The notes under the pieces are model-generated. The model had not been told where the DNA came from. It made no database searches and saw only the letters and a program-made list of their open reading frames with translations. The position numbers were made by a program, and so were the translations under genes. Positions 40,001 to 52,901 of a stretch of 64,000 nucleotides of DNA are shown one piece after another. Position 1 is the stretch's first letter. Each line of letters begins with the position of its first letter. The DNA comes from Bigelowiella natans CCMP2755 (Eukaryota > Protista > Cercozoa): assembly GCA_000320545.1 (NCBI GenBank), contig ADNK01000513.1, positions 26,206 through 90,205 on the forward strand, written 5' to 3'.

Positions 40001-40675
40001 TTCACCGAGGGAAAGATAAAGATAATGTCGATATGCGCCAGCGAGTTCAACTCGGGCGCAGTTTCAATCGATGGTAAGATCTTCGGTTGGGGCGCAGGAG
40101 CCAACGGGCAACTTAGTAACGATGGGGACCCGTCTCTTAAGCCAATAGTCATTTCACTTCCGGAATACGGCATCAAGCAGCTGGAGTTCGGACAGCGTCA
40201 TGCTGCCTGCGTCACCAAAGGTGGAATTGCGTATACGTGGGGAGATAATCAGTTCGGCCAGCTGGGTCGGTACACCATGGAGAAAAGCGACAAACCCGCC
40301 TTTGTGAAAGATTTTGTGAAGAACGAGACCATCATTTCCAGCCTAGCTTGCACTGGAATGAATACTTTCTTCCTGACGAAGGGAGGAGAAGTATTTGGGT
40401 GCGGTACGTGCGATTCCCAAATGCTGGGCCCTGATGTCGAGGAGGACCAAACTGTACCCAAGAAAATCCTTTTCACTGACTCCAAGGATTCGGAATCCAA
40501 GGCAATTGAGATCGTTGAACTAGATGTTGGACGTGAAGATTGCTGCGCTCGCTCAAAAACAGGCTCTATCTTCGTGTGGGGTTATTCGTTCGAAGAAATT
40601 CCTAAAGTTGTTTCAACCGAGAAGCCGATGCAGATAATGTCGATCGGAGGCCAGACTCTCATGGTTGGGACGTAG
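34064..40675 (+). CDS. Very large protein: coiled coil + Glu/Asp-rich internal repeats + RCC1 repeats (frameshift near 37730-37765 in this assembly)
   Basis: MSSKEK|YFKAFNDTEEYLRQLDL|EFREEK...|ORF 34391 (coiled coil)|ADRDNEILAPTYSRKHPE|ENKTDNED... runs in frame into ORF 36147. RCC1 repeats (ACGVGH...YMWGSNQDHQLG, SCGFTH...YSWGSGMMGKLG, SCGERH, FGQRHA...WGDNQFGQLG) lie in ORFs 37882, 38818 and 39848, joined by GT-AG introns. Confidence 0.78.
36198..37940 (+). repeat. Coding repeats, about 70-80 aa unit (AASEG.EQVDD..GTNKTAV.AADDDLESEEK.EVKNDEVSAG...) plus shorter about 43-aa derivatives
   Basis: Four long copies (about 36198, 36438, 37223, 37439) and two short copies. The SKEVNEPAD.K.GGPLGNTELID block is duplicated at about 36612 and 37873. 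Confidence 0.9.
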
Positions 40676-41297
40676 CATGTAAAGGTACAAGCCATTAAAA
40701 CCGTATAGTCTTATGCTGTTGCCCACGTCAATGAGTAAGGATACCAAATGTTTCGTAGTACTAAAAAAGGTTTGAGTCGATGTATATCTGCTATGCATGT
40801 ATGCATCCTTGTGTCGGTATAAGCGAGCAATAAGCGACACGGCGACTGGCACTAGGTTGGCCGATGATTATGCGTGATACATGATGAAGCGGCAATCGAA
40901 TAGAGTATTGCATGCATATGTAGAGCTACTTCGATTCCGGCAGTTCTGTGCTTATTGCGAGGGTAATCATCACAACCATGCGCTAGTTGCATATCCGTGG
41001 TGTGTGCACGCTATATACGACTGGAGGCCACCCATATTTACGCATCGGCGGGTAGCATATATCTGCCCATGCAGTTTTTTGTTAATGAGTGTAGCCCTTT
41101 GGCTAGCGTGCAAGCAGTACATGTAGCGAGCATGCGTTCTCGCTCAAGCACCAAATGTGTGACCCTTATTATTCATCAATTGGTTTCCGTTACATGCCAG
41201 CAACGCCTTTGACTTGAATACATGCGCCAGCCTGTGGATGGAAGCACTGCGACGTGAAGAGGCCATCAGCTACCATCAGTGGACTTCGTCTCGATCA
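40676..41297. other. Palindrome-rich convergent 3' spacer (RCC1/asparaginase)
   Basis: ATGCATGTATGCAT, TGCATGCATATG, GTGCAC, GCTAGC, TACATGTA. Confidence 0.55.
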
Positions 41298-42479
41298 CTA
41301 CAGCCCAAAGTAAAAGTCTCTACTCATAAACGGGATCTTGTGCGTTGTTTCATCCGAGTTAGTGAGCTCTCCACGAATGCTCTCCGACATTCCTCTTTCA
41401 AGAACCTGAGCGATGAGATTTGTTCGCCGTCAACCATCGGATCATCGCACACAGCTGGCGGAAGTAAGTACGTACAGCGAGGCACAGACAACACACGCCA
41501 AATAATTGTGGGAACAAGTTAGAGATGAACGCACCTGGCGCGACAAATTCCTACTTAGCAAATATCCCAGCTTCGTCGTTGCAGCTTCTATCGTCATATC
41601 TCCGCCGTTCATCACGCCAATGTCCTGGCAACCCCACACAATGCAGCCTCTTTTCGATATATGCTATGCATCGACAGGTACACATGGAAACTATATCTCA
41701 TCAAGTTTCAACATGGCGGGGGGGGGGAGTGGGGGAGAGAATTTCATTATTCTATGATTATGTCCTGCAATACGGATCTATCCCTCTCGAACGGGGATGA
41801 GGTCATATCCCAAGACAAAAATCATCTCTTTCCCCGCTGTGAATTATCTTTTAAATTTTAAAAAAGTGTATCAAAAAACATGCATTCGCACCCCTACTTA
41901 CCGCCATCGACATGCACGACAGCAGAGCGATTTAGAATAATACCTTGAGGCGCTTTCCCACCTCGTATTGCTCCAAATTCACAGCCCCACGCATGCACTG
42001 CAGATAGATGATGTACGGAACAAAAATTTTGACTAGGAATGAATTTTGAGAGAACATCCATTGTGATGACGTTGACGAATTATGTCTGAACAGCTAGTCC
42101 ACCCCGTGTGGAGAGATTGAGAGAGGGAATAAGGACAACGAATAGGCAGAGAGAGAGGGGGGGGGGGAGGGGGGGGGGGAGAAAGAGAGAGAGGGCTTAA
42201 GGAAGCGAGAGGGAGAAAACAATCCAAAAGCTACTAGCCGTGATCACTACTTGAGTTACTGCCACAACAGCGGTGCCGTTATCTATCACTTGCCGCAGGG
42301 CGTCTACTAATGACTCCTTCTCAGAAGGAGCATTGCCTGTGCCGTACAGGTGAACCACAAGTCCCTCTAGGCGCGCTATAAAGATGATGGTCATAAGAGA
42401 AGAGAGAAAGTAAGCAGGTGGGGGGAGACGGGAGGATGGCGACGACGACTGAAGCATGGCTTTCACCAGGAATACGTGG

Positions 42480-42517
<38 letters not shown>

Positions 42518-42626
42518 GCGCTTTGCGGTAGCAATCATTATCCTTGCTTTGCTTTTACCGTTGGCCATTGCAGTGATGCAGTCGTCATTAAATCCTGGGA
42601 CTAAATGCAGCACCTGAAAATAAATA

Positions 42627-42670
<44 letters not shown>

Positions 42671-42671
42671 C

Positions 42672-42706
<35 letters not shown>

Positions 42707-42904
42707 GAGGTGGAGCTTTCTCGGATTCCAAACACACTTGGGTATAGTAAGCCCTCTCCTTCCCTACCCCCCTACCCCCCTCTCTGGTAGCTTCAGGCAG
42801 ACTAACTCGCTGCTGACTAACCGCTATATTTGACTTCAAGTTTGGATGTATTCGGAAGCGCTGGCGAGGATGGTTTCTCGTTAGGTCGTGCCTGATCCTT
42901 GACG

Positions 42905-42946
<42 letters not shown>

Positions 42947-45234
42947 ACATCGCATCCGCAGGTTCATCCGCAGGGTTAGCTAGCTGAAAACAAGGAAGTA
43001 ACCCCCACCACGCACCTCCCCCCCACCGCTGCTGCCATTATCACTTATTGTTAACGTGCTTACACACTGGATATCGTTTTGCAGCGTTGCGAGAGGCGGG
43101 AAGTTTGGAGTATCGAAGGCGTTCAGGCCGCCGCTAAGTACATTAGTCAGTATTGCGTGGCGGTGTGTGTGTGTGTGTGTGTGATTCGTTTGGATGGGGG
43201 CTTGTGGCATCTTAATCGATACGAAACCAAGCAGCATTCATCAGGCACACGGTTGCGCACCCACCCATTCGTAGGAGCGTGCACGTATAATACAGCCGCT
43301 GCTTTCGCTGCTACCCGGTCATGTTGTTTGTTGGCTGGAGAGCAGTGCTAGGAATTCAAAACCACGGCACATCCTCCATGCTAGCATGGTGGTAGCTAGC
43401 TAATAGCAACAACAGATCGTCTCTCTTTACCTACCACCCACCATCATCGCTGCCATAACAACTACTATTACTACCATAACAACTACTATTACTTCTACTA
43501 CTACTACTACTATACTACTACTACTACCACCTCTACATTACTATTATTCGCGGTACTACCTGTCCATTTTCTTGGTGCGATTTCCTCGAAACAAAAACTG
43601 ATCGAAGAAGACGCACACCTGGAGGAGAGGAGGCACGGGGGAGAAGACAGAAGAAAAAGAAGAAGAAGAAGAAGAAGAAGAAGAAGAAGAAGAAGAGGGG
43701 AGATGGGGGGTGAGGGGTAAAATAGCATCGATATGCACTCCTCCTGAATTTCTCACTTTACCTCGGGGATTTCGCACAATCCAGCAAAGATAAGAGACAC
43801 CAAAAGATTCCTACGTGGTTGATATGATGGATGCAGGTTACTATAGCTGATGCTGCACACCAACAACTCTACAATCGACAACCCAGGCGGGAGCAAAATC
43901 TCGTATCATGATCGAGGCGCCAACAATAAGAGAACCAGAAACGCCGACGACAATGGTAATATGGTATGTTGATGGTGCTTTTCTTCAGTCCGACTAGTGC
44001 ACTATTTCAAACTGATTGAGCGATGTGCTAATGCTACCTTCGTGCATCGTTGTAGACCTCGCAGAATGGAATCTGGCTTCCAGTGAATATCACTGGTTTG
44101 TCTAAGTTCTCCAGTATGAACGATAACGCGCTGGCGGAGTACGACATCGTGTCAGTTCCGTGTAGAATTACGAAGCCGTCGTAATTAAAGTAGTACGTCC
44201 AGATCTATGTAGAATGCGGGTCGGAGGAGTAGAAATGATGAAGAACAAGCAGCATCATATCGAGCTAAAAGCGACGGGATATTATGTCACGAATTGTCAT
44301 TACAAAAACTCATGCATATATACGCATAAATTATGTGTCAGACTGACTTCCGTTATCCTTAACCCTCCTCACAAACAAGCAGCACTGCATGCATGCGCTG
44401 ATATTACCTGTTCTGCTAACAGCACCCATCGGTCAGGATCCATGTTGGACGAATCAACCAACGTGTCCCATTGAAGAATATCGACGACCGGGAATCTAAA
44501 CACGCCAAAACCAGGCAAGCATCAGCAGAGAAATCGAAAGCGACACCGCCCACTAGCAGGGGAAAACGATGGTAAAACACAGACACTGCAATATGGCGGT
44601 ATGCCCTGAGACGATGATTGGGGATTTGTTGTAGATGCAAGGTTCAATATTGCCACCGTTCATGCTCCAGTTCGTCCATGCCCATCACCTAGGTTTAAGA
44701 GTATTTAAAGCGAATAAGACTTCATCGTGTATCAAGGATGATTGAGGTGACGATGAGCAGGAGCATCGAAATCTCCTCTTCCTCCTCACCTTGTCTTCGA
44801 GATAGCCTGGCAGTGGGGCTAGGGCACCTCCTTGCGCCTGCTTCGCCATGCCGATTGTTCCTCCAGTGTATATTATCAGGACCCTGGGCCTATTAGGATA
44901 TGAAGCTCTTGTAAGTAAAGCACATTAAATATATGGTTGCCCACATGAACAGCAATACCGTCCTTCCTCATAATCCACGTTCTTCGAAACTAAATGGTAA
45001 CAGCGCAACGGCATTATATGACAGGATGATTCCGAGCGTGCGCCGTTATTCAGTGAGTAATCTACCTCTAACAGGTGTATTCTTCCATTTCTTTGTTTCT
45101 TCTTGTGGCGCTGGGGGAGATTGGGTACAATACCCTCGCGAGGCAGTGATTTCGAATGGCATCATTGGGGCACGGGGTCGGAAAACTCGCATGGCGCAGC
45201 GACGCCAGAGCCTAACAAATAAGCACATCACCAT
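41298..45234 (-). CDS. Type I L-asparaginase (AnsA-like), no ankyrin tail, Arg-rich N-terminal extension
   Basis: [133 protein letters not shown]. Start codon is approximate. Confidence 0.93.
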
Positions 45235-45729
45235 CACCCAGGACTCTGGAATGATAAAGAATGCCCTAGACAGGGAAAAGGAAGGAAGGGAGGAGGAGGT
45301 CAACATTGTCCCGCGGAGCATCTGGTTCATCTTCCCGTCAGCTCTTCTTCCTGTTGAGGGGGTTCCGATATCATTCTCAGGCGACAAGCCATTTTCGAAG
45401 GAGTGAGCCAAAAGTTTTATTGCATGTTTTATGGGTAATATTTTTCCCATAAAACAACAGCAGAAAGTCGACGCACATTTTCCAAGATCAGTACCGAGAT
45501 CAGTTTTCGCGCGAAGGTATATCATCAGATATTCTACCGATGAAAAAAGAGACTAATCGCGAACACCACTAACAACAGATATCTAGGAGGGGAAGCGTTT
45601 CGGAATCATCAGTGCAACCCCCCCCAATCAACCAACCAATCGATCCCTTGCAGCTCACAGTTGATCTTGACCATTTGTGGAACAACTAGATAATCTACCT
45701 TCTGTACATGGCACCGTGATCATTACAAT

Positions 45730-47013
45730 ATGGCGGCTAATTTATTACTGGTATGCCAGGGCGTTGAACCTGCGTTTGCTCTGGCACAGGGATTCAAGGA
45801 GCCTTCGTTCGCTTTGAAGGCCTTGTTATGCACAGTTGCAGACGCAACTCGTCAGAGTGGCTTCTTCCTGTCAAGTATTTCCTCCCATGATTGCCAGATC
45901 GCGTACAAAGTCGTTGCTGATTCAGCAAATGATGATAACGATGTGATGTTGGTTCTAGCCAGCACAGATATTACGCTTTCTGAAGGGATGCTGCAATGGC
46001 GGATGGAGCGCATAGACGACATGCTAGGATTTATGCTTGGTCCAACGTGGAATCGAGTTCAACTTAAGCTTCTTCGAGCGGCAATTGGAGGCTTAAAACC
46101 AATAATCGAACGCTACCTTTTTGCGGATGCAAACTCAGTGGAATTTTGTCTCGGTTACCCACGAATGTGTCCCTCCGAGTTCAAGTTCCCAGACACAAAA
46201 GCTATAGCGAAGGCTCTTCTTAAGGAGAGTGACACCAATTTCTTGCGCATTGGAGCTGTATTTTACAAGAATGCCCTGTGTGCAACGACTGGGTTGTGGG
46301 AATCGCTGATAAGTCACAGAGACTCATTCTGCATAGCCACACATCTAGCGTTGTTTAATGCAGACACACAGAAGGAACTCCATTGCTTTCTAGATCCCCC
46401 GGAAGATTCATTTACTGAGAAAAAAGAACTTGCTTTTCTTGAGGATCGGAAGAGAGCAAAAAGATTGCTTTGCTTCCAAATAGTGCCTGATGTACGCTTA
46501 GTATTTATTTGTTCCCCTGAAGACGTCACGCTACAGCAAGCTGCACAAACACTTTTGCGCAAGGACATTATGACGAAGGGAGGGATCCAACGATTGAGAT
46601 CGCTCCGAGATGAGAACTATAAATTTCTCGCCAAAATATTGGGATTGAATGCTAATATTTTAGATTTCTTGTACATATCAATGGAAAAAAAGCGTATCAT
46701 ACAATACACCTCTCGAACGTCTAGCAGCATGCCAAGTGGGCAGACTTTCAAGAAATTTCGAGGATTTGTAAATTGTGCAGTTCAAGAATTTTTCGATCCA
46801 ACGCAATCGAAAACCAAGACATTATGTCTAGATTACTATATGAAAATGGGCGAATACATTTTCTATGGCTCTGCAACTAAAAAAGGCTTTCTTTTTGTCG
46901 CAATGCCTGACTACGTCCCACTCGGAACAGAAGGAAAGATTACTAGATACCTTCATGAGAAGATTGAGTCTTGTATCGATACATACATTACTCCTCCTGC
47001 AAAGCCTAGTTGA
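45730..47013 (+). CDS. FUZ: Fuzzy-like tri-longin protein (CPLANE subunit), intronless
   Basis: 427 aa, colinear with remembered FUZ motifs: LLLVCQGVEPAF, PSFALKALL, QIAYKV..VMLVLAS...ML.FMLG, CATTGLWESL, RLLCFQIVPDVRLVFICSP, NILDFLYISMEKKR, CLDYY...FLFV. Confidence 0.72.
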   Translation: MAANLLLVCQGVEPAFALAQGFKEPSFALKALLCTVADATRQSGFFLSSISSHDCQIAYKVVADSANDDNDVMLVLASTDITLSEGMLQWRMERIDDMLGFMLGPTWNRVQLKLLRAAIGGLKPIIERYLFADANSVEFCLGYPRMCPSEFKFPDTKAIAKALLKESDTNFLRIGAVFYKNALCATTGLWESLISHRDSFCIATHLALFNADTQKELHCFLDPPEDSFTEKKELAFLEDRKRAKRLLCFQIVPDVRLVFICSPEDVTLQQAAQTLLRKDIMTKGGIQRLRSLRDENYKFLAKILGLNANILDFLYISMEKKRIIQYTSRTSSSMPSGQTFKKFRGFVNCAVQEFFDPTQSKTKTLCLDYYMKMGEYIFYGSATKKGFLFVAMPDYVPLGTEGKITRYLHEKIESCIDTYITPPAKPS

Positions 47014-47205
47014 AAATCATATCAGAAGTACAGTAAGAATCATGTTTTTGGTCGCAAAAAGCCTTGACTTTGTTTCATGCAGCTAGTAATCTACCATTAG
47101 GCCTGAGCTATCTAACGTAGTTGTACGTATATCTGTGTACAAGTAGCACATATCATTCCTGGGTCATACTTATGAGACGGATGTAATGAATATATTATAT
47201 GTATG

Positions 47206-47242
<37 letters not shown>

Positions 47243-48043
47243 CAACGGTCATCCTAATGTGGCGGCTATGCAAAGCATGCTTTCTATTTGTATCTGTGTG
47301 TGCTGCAGTCCGTGCTAGTGTGTAATGTAGTGCAGTAGCAGTGCATGTTGAGCATATGATAGACATTCTATTATGCACATCTAATAATGCATGCGCTGTG
47401 CCACGCATGCATTGCGCATGGCATGTACATGTAGGTAGATGTAGGACGCCATTGCATCTAGGCATGGGGCATTTGAGCCTAGAAGCATTTGCAAGGTGGC
47501 TCTTTCTCCATTTTTTATATTTTGTCTTGGGGGATCAACAACAGACACATTGCATTTACATTTCGCATGTAGCAATTCTTGTGTCTACACACGCTTTTTC
47601 AAATTTAATAACAAATCGGCACATTCTTGACTTCTTTTCTAGCACGTACTACAAGCGGCGCTATGCAGAATTAGTACGTACGTCTGCAAGTGGTACACGC
47701 TAGCACGTGGCACTATTCCCACCACCGCTATGCACACACTTCGCATGAGCTAGAACTTCAAGACTGGCAAATAAATTGCATATTGTATGTGTACACACAA
47801 CTAGATGCACACATGCATATGTATGAAGTTTCGCGGCGTATCCACGTAAGTAAGCATAATTCAATGCGCTAACCTGTAACTTAGGGTCATGTTCAATTCA
47901 GTAACTAAACTTGGGAAATAAAATTTAAGTCTAAATGGTCTATGGATAAAGAAATAATACAGACAAGAGAGATTGTAGACGCGTCTTTGTTAAAGTTCGA
48001 AGTACCTCGGTTATTCATTGTGGATTAGACCTCCCATTGAGAA
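47014..48043. other. Palindrome-rich convergent 3' spacer (FUZ/hypothetical)
   Basis: GCATGCATTGCGCATGGCATGTACATGTA, GTACGTACGT, GCTAGCACGTG. Confidence 0.65.
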
Positions 48044-48884
48044 TTAGTTTTGTTCGTGAGATTTCAATTGCTTGAGCGCTTCAGAGCGTATTCTCTTATC
48101 TTCGTTTTCGTCAAACATTTTTGGATTGTCTACCATACTTTGTAGGTCGCCAAACATACTTTGATGGATTGCCTCCTTGAGCTGATTCTTACGTATCTCG
48201 TTTCGTTTCCGTTTTGACAGCCTTTGTTGCTGGTTGAGATGTCCGTAAAATTTTTGACTCCAGGCACAACTGCTTCTCATTTTCCAATACTCAACAACGT
48301 TCATAACATCTGCTCCGACACGTACATTTTTATTCCAAAAATTTAGATCTCCACTCTGAAAAAGGCCAAAAAATACAGAGGTGTCATTTTGTCCTTTTTC
48401 ATGCCTCCTTCGCCTGTACTGCGTTGCTCTCGCTGTGATCTGTTCAATTACTCTAAGATCATCCTCATTAGAAGCTGCAATTGATGTAGTAAGGCCAAGG
48501 TAGATCAGAGTGGCGACTGCGAGCATTCTGTAAGCGGTTCCATGAGAGCAACCAGATGCAGGAGGCTTCGTATTGTTGTAATACTCTTCATTGTGTCTAC
48601 TTTTAATCGGGAAAATATTGTAAAGAATGAGAGCCTGAAGATCAACAGGAGCGCTAACAATTTTCTGGTATTTTGCCCAGCGATTATGGAAGGGAGTGTT
48701 TCTTATAACTAGATCTAGATCTATCTACCAGGAATTTCTTACGCTCGTAGACTACAGAACCGTCGTCACAGTGGCACACTTACCGAAAAAATCATCTCCA
48801 ATTTTTTCCCTTACCCAGTTCTGTGGAAGAAGGAAATAGAAAGATCTATGCAGCTCGTACATCAATGAGATAAATCCAGGACAT
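48044..48884 (-). CDS. Hypothetical protein (probably 3 exons)
   Basis: Stop-free frame from about 48720 to 48044 (DLVIRNTPFHNRWAKYQ...MLAVATLIYLG...KSHEQN*). Upstream phase-compatible exons MSWIYLID|NWVREKIGDDFF| have GT-AG sites. No family recognised. Confidence 0.55.
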
Positions 48885-49476
48885 ATTGCTCTATATTTGA
48901 GGATAATATCCGAGTTTCAACGCAAATGGCACTTCTCAGAATGGCAAAGTCGTTCGCGCACTTTTGCATCCCCCAGATTAGTAGAACAGCTCATTCGCGT
49001 GCTACGAAAATAGAATTACAATCAGATTATTCCCAATAAAAACAAGTTATCTTGTCTTATCAAAATTATTTCCTTCCAGTAAAATTACTGTGTTGTGCAA
49101 CAACGTTTGGATTAATCTTGAAAAATAAGTATTCGGGAACCAAGTTTGAAAATGATCTCAGGATTCATTACATACTTCGAAATTAAGGTTATTTTGTTAT
49201 AACGACATCATATTACTCATTAATATCCCACAGATATAAGGCTTTAGTAATCGAGTCAACAGATTATGAGTCTTATTAAATCGGAGGTTGGAGGGAAGAT
49301 AGAAGCGAACCAAAGCCGCAGACGAGCTTTACTCCGAACTGAAAACTGTTTTTTCATTGTTTTTGATGCGTAAGACAATAAATGCTCTCTGAATATCTAC
49401 AAAAATCACCTGATTCGCCATCTAGAATTTTTGAGTGTGTTCTGGAATTTTCGACGAATTCCAAACAATGTAGCAG

Positions 49477-52301
49477 ATGCATCCTCCTCTGCCTCCCCTG
49501 TCCTCTTCTACTAGTCAGCAAACACGGCTAGCCTTACCAAGATCTCCGCAAAACCCCTTGAAGAGCAACCACAATCTTTCACAACTTAAACCTGACCACC
49601 CTCAGATGCGATCTCGTAAGCGAACTAACATGGTGATAGACTTCGGCGATGCGCCAGTTACAAGAGCTCGAACTAGCGATCTTCCCGACGTGGAAGACGA
49701 ACTAGCAGATCAATGGCAACTTGCAGGGAAGCAAATGGAACAAAGCGATCTTGATGATAAGGTTTTCCGAATGGCAATGACTCGTGACTCTCAAAAGGTA
49801 GTAAAATAACAATTACCTGCACACGTGTCATACATTTTTTTGCGACTAAGAGCATTATTAATTTACAGCGAGGAAATAAAGTATCAAAAACTCGTCGAGT
49901 TATGAAAGCTTATCCCGTGAAGACAAGGAACACAGAACAAACTGTAGATGATGGTGGGTTGAGAGTTCCTCGAAGTTAGCATCGACAATCGAATGAAATT
50001 TATGTGTGCTTTCTAGGTGACATTTCGAGTGCTAGACGGCTATTTCCGCAGAAGCGAAGGTATTCAATCCTAATCTCATTCAGACATATAGTATCATTAT
50101 CATAAGAATGTTTTTGCTTTCAGCCAACGTAGCGTGAGTGACGATGAGGATATGGATCATATCTGTTCACGGAATTTCAACCTGAAGACTCCTTGCTATG
50201 TACATCAATTTTAACAACAGTTTTATCCCTCAATTTCTAAGACTGACGATTTCATCAGAATCGCGACACCAAAGACCAAGTTGTGGTCAAAAAGAAGACA
50301 AGAAAAAGAGAAAAAATGGTCAAAAGTTCTTTCTTCTCAACGTATCGGAACGGAAATATCGCAAGCCCATCATTTTCCCCTCAATGGTAAGCAATATATC
50401 TTTTCACCATAACTTCCTTTTGTTATTACGCCTGAGTCTAAAAACATGTCAATATCATTAAGGATGATACCACATAGAAGAGTACCAAGAAATACAACAC
50501 CAGCCAAGGTGTTTAACACAAGAAACGTCAGTCCCTTCAGCACATCCTTCTCCTCCGCAAGCTCGGGCCTATCTAGAACCAAGAAAACACCGTCAATTAC
50601 CCCGAAAGAGAAAAACAGAAATTCAGTCAGAAAACTTCGTATTTCCAAGAAAGGCAGTTTTAATAATGGTGAGTGCTCACCCTCAACACCCCGGACTCCC
50701 AGGGAATTTGATGTTGACAATGAAAGTGTGGCCACTTTGGGTTCGGATTTAGAGTTAGTCTGCAAGGACCAAGAAGGATTAGCTTTCTGTGTCCAAACAC
50801 TCCAAAAGTTATCACCAATTAGTAAAGACCTTCCACGTTCAAATAGATCATGGTCCTTCAGTTCATTATCAGGCAGTTTAGATGCTGAAGCTAGCCCCAT
50901 CTTTGAAAATGGTACACCTTCACAATCCCCGACATCTCTCTTCAAGCAGCCAGAAGTCAAATTTAGAACCCCGCAAACACCATGTACATACGAAGGGGGG
51001 AACAATTCTCTCAACAGTTCTGGGTATCGAGAAGGGGGGAACAATTCTCTCAACAGTTCTGGGTATCGAGAAGGGGGGAACAATTCTCTCAACAGTTCTG
51101 GGTATCGAGAAGGGGGGAACAATTCTCTCAACAGTTCTGGGTATCGATCGGGTACGTTTACGTTTTTTTAATTAAATTAACTTTGAATCTGATTCAATTT
51201 GCAATCGACAGGATCATCCACTCCTTCAAGGGGCAATGTATCCGGAACAAATAGCAACGCCGCTCAACAAGAGAGATCATTCACAAAAACTTCGCTGAGA
51301 CCACCGTTGCATTCACCTCGTCAGAAAACTATCGACTCCCTGCTCTCTCCTGACCCGAGGGCTTTTGAACTCAAGAATAAGCTCCAACGAACGCCCACGA
51401 ATGCATGCCCTCCTACTCCTATGGCACGCCCACGATTGCATCGCGCGACCTCTTTGGGTCAAACAAAGATGCTCGCGTCCGTTACCAATGATTTGGGGAC
51501 TACGTTACCCTCATGGCAAAAAGGCAAGCAAATCTCTCAACGAATTCGCAAAAGTAGGCTCGTTGGGGAAGGCTCTTTTTTCAAGGTGTACAAAACGTAT
51601 CTGAAGGGTGAAAAAGGGAAGATGCAACAATATGCATTGAAAGCTTCCAAGCGGACGTTTAGATCGAAGAATGATCGTGCAATGTATCTGAGAGAAGTAG
51701 AACTTGTGAAGTCCATACCGCTGCATCCAAACATTGTAAAATACATTGCATGCTGGCAAGAGGAGCTACGTTTTTATGTTGTGATGGAATATTGCCGGTG
51801 CACGTTGGAAAAGCTGGTTTCAATGATTAAGATCTCCAGTAAGTTTTTGTGGACTGTTCTTTTTCAAGTCTCAAGGGGATTGGAGCACATTCATCGGCAT
51901 GGAATTCTGCATATGGATATAAAACCGGGAAACATATTGTACGGAATGGACAAAGTTTTGAAGCTTGCCGACTTTGGCCAGGCAATCTCAACGAATCGTA
52001 TCACTCAGATGCTGGATGGATGGTAGGGCATCAATTTTAACTAACTGTACAATAAAACCCTGAATATAATAGTTATTTCCACCTACTACTTGTTACTATT
52101 TAGCGAGGGGGATTCGAATTATATGGCTCCGGAGCTTATGAAGAACAATGCAATACCAACAGAGGCCGCGGATGTATTTAGCCTAGGGTTGTTGATGATA
52201 GAAATCGCAACACAAAAACCGTTACCTGCGGAAGGGCCTAAGTGGCAGGATCTGAGAAAGGGTCGAGCTAGAGGTACGAACACACCAACAAAATACCTAA
52301 A

Positions 52302-52343
<42 letters not shown>

Positions 52344-52501
52344 TGGCTTATATATCAGAATATCTTATTGGACGAGTCGACAGAAATCTGGAGTCTATCA
52401 TCTTAAAAATGCTGAGCCCCAACCCACCGGGTAGGCCGTCAGCGGCACAAGTAGCGTATATTTCTATGGATCAGTTGAAGAGAGAACAACACCTGTTATA
52501 A
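49477..52501 (+). CDS. Wee1/Myt1-family CDK-inhibitory kinase
   Basis: GEGSFFKV, YALKASKRTFRSKNDRAMYLREV, HPNIVKYIACWQE, HMDIKPGNI, KLADFG, EGDSNYMAPEL, ADVFSLG, LPAEGPKWQDLRKG. Long S/TP-rich N-terminus, TAA 52499-52501. Confidence 0.92.
50992..51147 (+). repeat. Perfect 39-bp tandem repeat x4 encoding (EGGNNSLNSSGYR)4 in the Wee1 N-terminus
   Basis: Unit GAAGGGGGGAACAATTCTCTCAACAGTTCTGGGTATCGA, four identical copies, no spacers. Confidence 0.97.
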
Positions 52502-52686
52502 CTCATTGCGAAATTCAGAAACGGAACGACGTGTTTCATGTTTGGTTTAAAGTCTTGGTGGCAAAAAAATGTATCTTATTCTTGTACTGGTTTTGTTTTG
52601 GGATTAGTACAGTCTGTAATCCGCGTTGTTATATTAGTTTTTGGACAGCAGCTTTTGTATCATTAAACACACACATGCACACACAC

Positions 52687-52722
<36 letters not shown>

Positions 52723-52831
52723 CATAGCTGCTATATGTCTAGTTGTAACCAATCTAGTGCCATCTCATTGCTTCATATCGTCGAACTTAATTCATACATT
52801 ACGAACGTCAACCTCAATGTGTAAACATATG

Positions 52832-52901
<70 letters not shown>

